A stretch of 64,000 bases of DNA from Bacteroidales bacterium. GTDB taxonomy: Bacteria; Bacteroidota; Bacteroidia; Bacteroidales; UBA932. A program made the translations under genes and the position numbers. Within the stretch, counting starts at the first letter, position 1; every line of letters begins with the position of its first letter. The stretch covers positions 4,067-68,066 of the forward strand of contig JAAYCA010000060.1 of assembly GCA_012744435.1 (NCBI GenBank), in the 5' to 3' direction. Of this stretch, positions 62,143 to 64,000 are shown one piece after another. The notes under the pieces are model-generated. The model did not search any database and was not told where the DNA came from. It saw only the letters and a list, made by a program, of their open reading frames with translations.

Positions 62143-64000
62143 ATGCAGATTATGAAGGTAAAAAATGATATTCTGATCAAGGTGCTGTCCCTGGGCGTGG
62201 GACTGGCGGTGGGCATCGTGCTCATTGCCAAGGTGTTCTTTGAGCTGAGTTACGACAGCTTCTACAAGGACATCGACCGGGTGTATACGATCAACACCTG
62301 GTATTCGCAGAACGGGGATGAGAACGACTATGGGCAGGTGAGCGGCGCCGTAGCCATGGGCTTCATGGAAGAGGTTCCGGGCGTCGAAGTGGGCACCAGG
62401 ACGACATTCGTCTTCAACGGCGACAACTACCTGGATGAGGACGGGAACAAGCTGAAAGCCACGCTCGTCTGCGCCGACACCTGCTTCTTCAAGGTTTTTG
62501 ACAGGCCGATCCTGGCCGGTGACCCGGTGAAGGCGCTCGGCAAATGGGGCAGCGTGATGGTGAGCCGGAGTCTCGCGGAAAAGCTGGGCGGTGTGCAGGA
62601 ATGCATCGGCAGGCAGATTTACAACGAGGACATGGCAGGTCTGAAACTCCCCATCGAGGGCGTTTTCGAGGACTTCCCGAAGAACGGTACGCTGGATTAT
62701 GACATCCTGCTGTCGATGGATACCTACGGAAAGCAGAGCACGGACAACTGGCTGGGTAACGACCGCTATAGGGGCTATGTGAGATTGATGCCAGGCGTAG
62801 ATCCAGGCACGCTTTCCGATGCCATCCGGAAGATGCAGGAGGTCCATCAGCCGGTGACGGAGTTTGAGGCCCAGGGGCTGCAGCTGACATATTTCCTGAA
62901 GCCTTTCTCCAAGATGCACACGTCCATCCCCGAGGTAAAGTCCCAGGTGATTCTGCTGTCCATCGTGGCGGCGCTGCTGATTCTCATCAGCTTGCTGAAC
63001 TACATTCTGATTGTCATTTCCTCGATGGTGAAGCGCTCCAAGGAAGTGGGCGTGCGGAAATGCTATGGCGCAGAAGGAAAGCATATCTACGGTATGCTGA
63101 CGAAGGAAGCGCTGCTACATATTTTGCTCTCGCTGGCCCTTGCAGCCGTTATCATTTTCGCCGGCCGGAGTTTCGTAGATAATCTACTGGGGGTTCCGTT
63201 CCGGACGCTGCTGGTGCCGCAGAGCATCCTCGCCATCGGCCTCGTTATCCTGTTCGTGCTTGGGATATCGATTGTCGTCCCTGCCGAATTGTACCAGCGG
63301 ATTCCGGTCGATGCCGCATTAAAGAACTATACGGAGAATTCCCGTCGATGGAAACTGGGGCTCCTGGGGGTTCAGGTACTCATCAATGTGTTCCTGGTGG
63401 TGATGATGCTCATCATCGGCCGGCAGTATCAGAAAGTGAATCACGGCGACTTGGGATACGATTATAACAACCTGTTCTATATCAGCTTGTTCGATGGGGA
63501 CAGGCAAGCCCAGGTCCGAGCCGTGGAGACGCTTCGGAGCCTTCCGGAAGTCTCCGGTGTCGCGGCCGCTTACAATCTGCCTTATCAAGGTTCCAACGGG
63601 GACAATATCTATCTTCCGAATGAAGAGCGGGAACTGTTCAATGTCGCCGACCAGTACGACTGCTCCGAAGGATTTTACGACCTGATGGGCATCAAGTTCC
63701 TGGATGGCCGCGCGCCGAAGGATACCACCGAGATGGCCGTGGACGAGAAATTCGTCGCCAGGATGGCCGATTTTGCCGATTGGTCCGACGGGGCCGTGGG
63801 CAAGCAGGTGTGCATCACCGGGCACGATCATCCCATTGTCCTCTCCAATGATATGGGCGTGACCCCTTATACCGTCTCCGGCGTATATAAAAGCTATCTG
63901 ATCGGCAATCTGACGCAGGTGGACCCGCGTCCCAGCGTCCTATTCCATGCCGAGATCGGATCCATGTCTTCCTTTATGCCGCACATCCTGTTCAAGGTAC
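62143..64000 (+). CDS. ABC transporter permease, duplicated FtsX/MacB type; 3' end lies outside the window
   Basis: The frame is open from the ATG at 62143 to the window edge. It is not in the track because no stop codon is reached. It reads MQIMKVKNDILIKVLSLGVGLAVGIVLIAKVFFELSYDSFYKD... and has an FtsX block (SSMVKRSKEVGVRKCYGAEGKHI). Confidence 0.8.
   Translation, partial: MQIMKVKNDILIKVLSLGVGLAVGIVLIAKVFFELSYDSFYKDIDRVYTINTWYSQNGDENDYGQVSGAVAMGFMEEVPGVEVGTRTTFVFNGDNYLDEDGNKLKATLVCADTCFFKVFDRPILAGDPVKALGKWGSVMVSRSLAEKLGGVQECIGRQIYNEDMAGLKLPIEGVFEDFPKNGTLDYDILLSMDTYGKQSTDNWLGNDRYRGYVRLMPGVDPGTLSDAIRKMQEVHQPVTEFEAQGLQLTYFLKPFSKMHTSIPEVKSQVILLSIVAALLILISLLNYILIVISSMVKRSKEVGVRKCYGAEGKHIYGMLTKEALLHILLSLALAAVIIFAGRSFVDNLLGVPFRTLLVPQSILAIGLVILFVLGISIVVPAELYQRIPVDAALKNYTENSRRWKLGLLGVQVLINVFLVVMMLIIGRQYQKVNHGDLGYDYNNLFYISLFDGDRQAQVRAVETLRSLPEVSGVAAAYNLPYQGSNGDNIYLPNEERELFNVADQYDCSEGFYDLMGIKFLDGRAPKDTTEMAVDEKFVARMADFADWSDGAVGKQVCITGHDHPIVLSNDMGVTPYTVSGVYKSYLIGNLTQVDPRPSVLFHAEIGSMSSFMPHILFKV

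Overview
GC-rich, densely coding chromosomal segment. I place it in Bacteroidota because of a SusC/SusD pair, TAnnTTTG-type -7 promoter boxes, a long-tailed S16 and FtsX/MacB-type efflux operons. Bacteroidales, possibly Alistipes-like given the high GC, is inference only. About 55 genes can be supported. Left to right they are:
- Housekeeping: tsaC-like 3' end, rsmE, radA, galE, rimM-rpsP, ispE, and sufB-pnuC-sufC-sufD.
- An ECF sigma/anti-sigma module next to a TonB-dependent receptor.
- A MacAB-TolC-like efflux operon (7.8-13.6 kb).
- queH, a hemerythrin/ScdA-LuxR regulator, tRNA-Leu(GAG) and feoAB.
- A glycosyltransferase/flippase cluster.
- A Na+/solute symporter and a frameshifted C69 dipeptidase.
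- A PUL-like hexosamine locus (32.1-49.8 kb): SusD, SusC, alkaline phosphatase, GH2, ROK kinase, GH20, a XylR-like AraC regulator, a histidine-phosphatase/SdiA-regulated fusion, NagB and NagB-LmbE.
- Nitroreductase, a Gfo/Idh/MocA oxidoreductase plus a frameshifted TIM-barrel isomerase, and an M28 peptidase.
- A sigma54 two-component system driving a second TolC/HlyD/FtsX/ABC efflux operon that runs off the right edge.

Most interesting observations:
1. A ~125-135 bp palindromic MITE-like element is inserted in frame, in opposite orientations, inside two RNA-modification genes (rsmE and queH). A decayed third copy sits in an intergenic region. The core is conserved, while the long terminal arms differ between copies but stay self-complementary.
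2. A 28-bp operator (TTTGCGT direct repeats 21 bp apart) occurs three times at a fixed distance from -7 boxes in the hexosamine locus.
3. A shared ECF-type promoter motif links the ECF sigma operon to the first efflux operon.
4. A sigma54 promoter with an upstream repeat array, and a histidine kinase without a sensor domain, precede the second efflux operon.
5. Unusual fusions and gene contexts: Wzx-ATP-grasp, RIC/hemerythrin-LuxR, and pnuC embedded in the suf operon.
6. Three short-run (homopolymer-type) frameshifts.

No CRISPR array, integrase, transposase or recognisable defence system was seen. Many long ORFs in the track are antisense shadows of real genes, as expected in GC-rich DNA. Note also that the track prints alternative start codons (TTG/GTG) as M.
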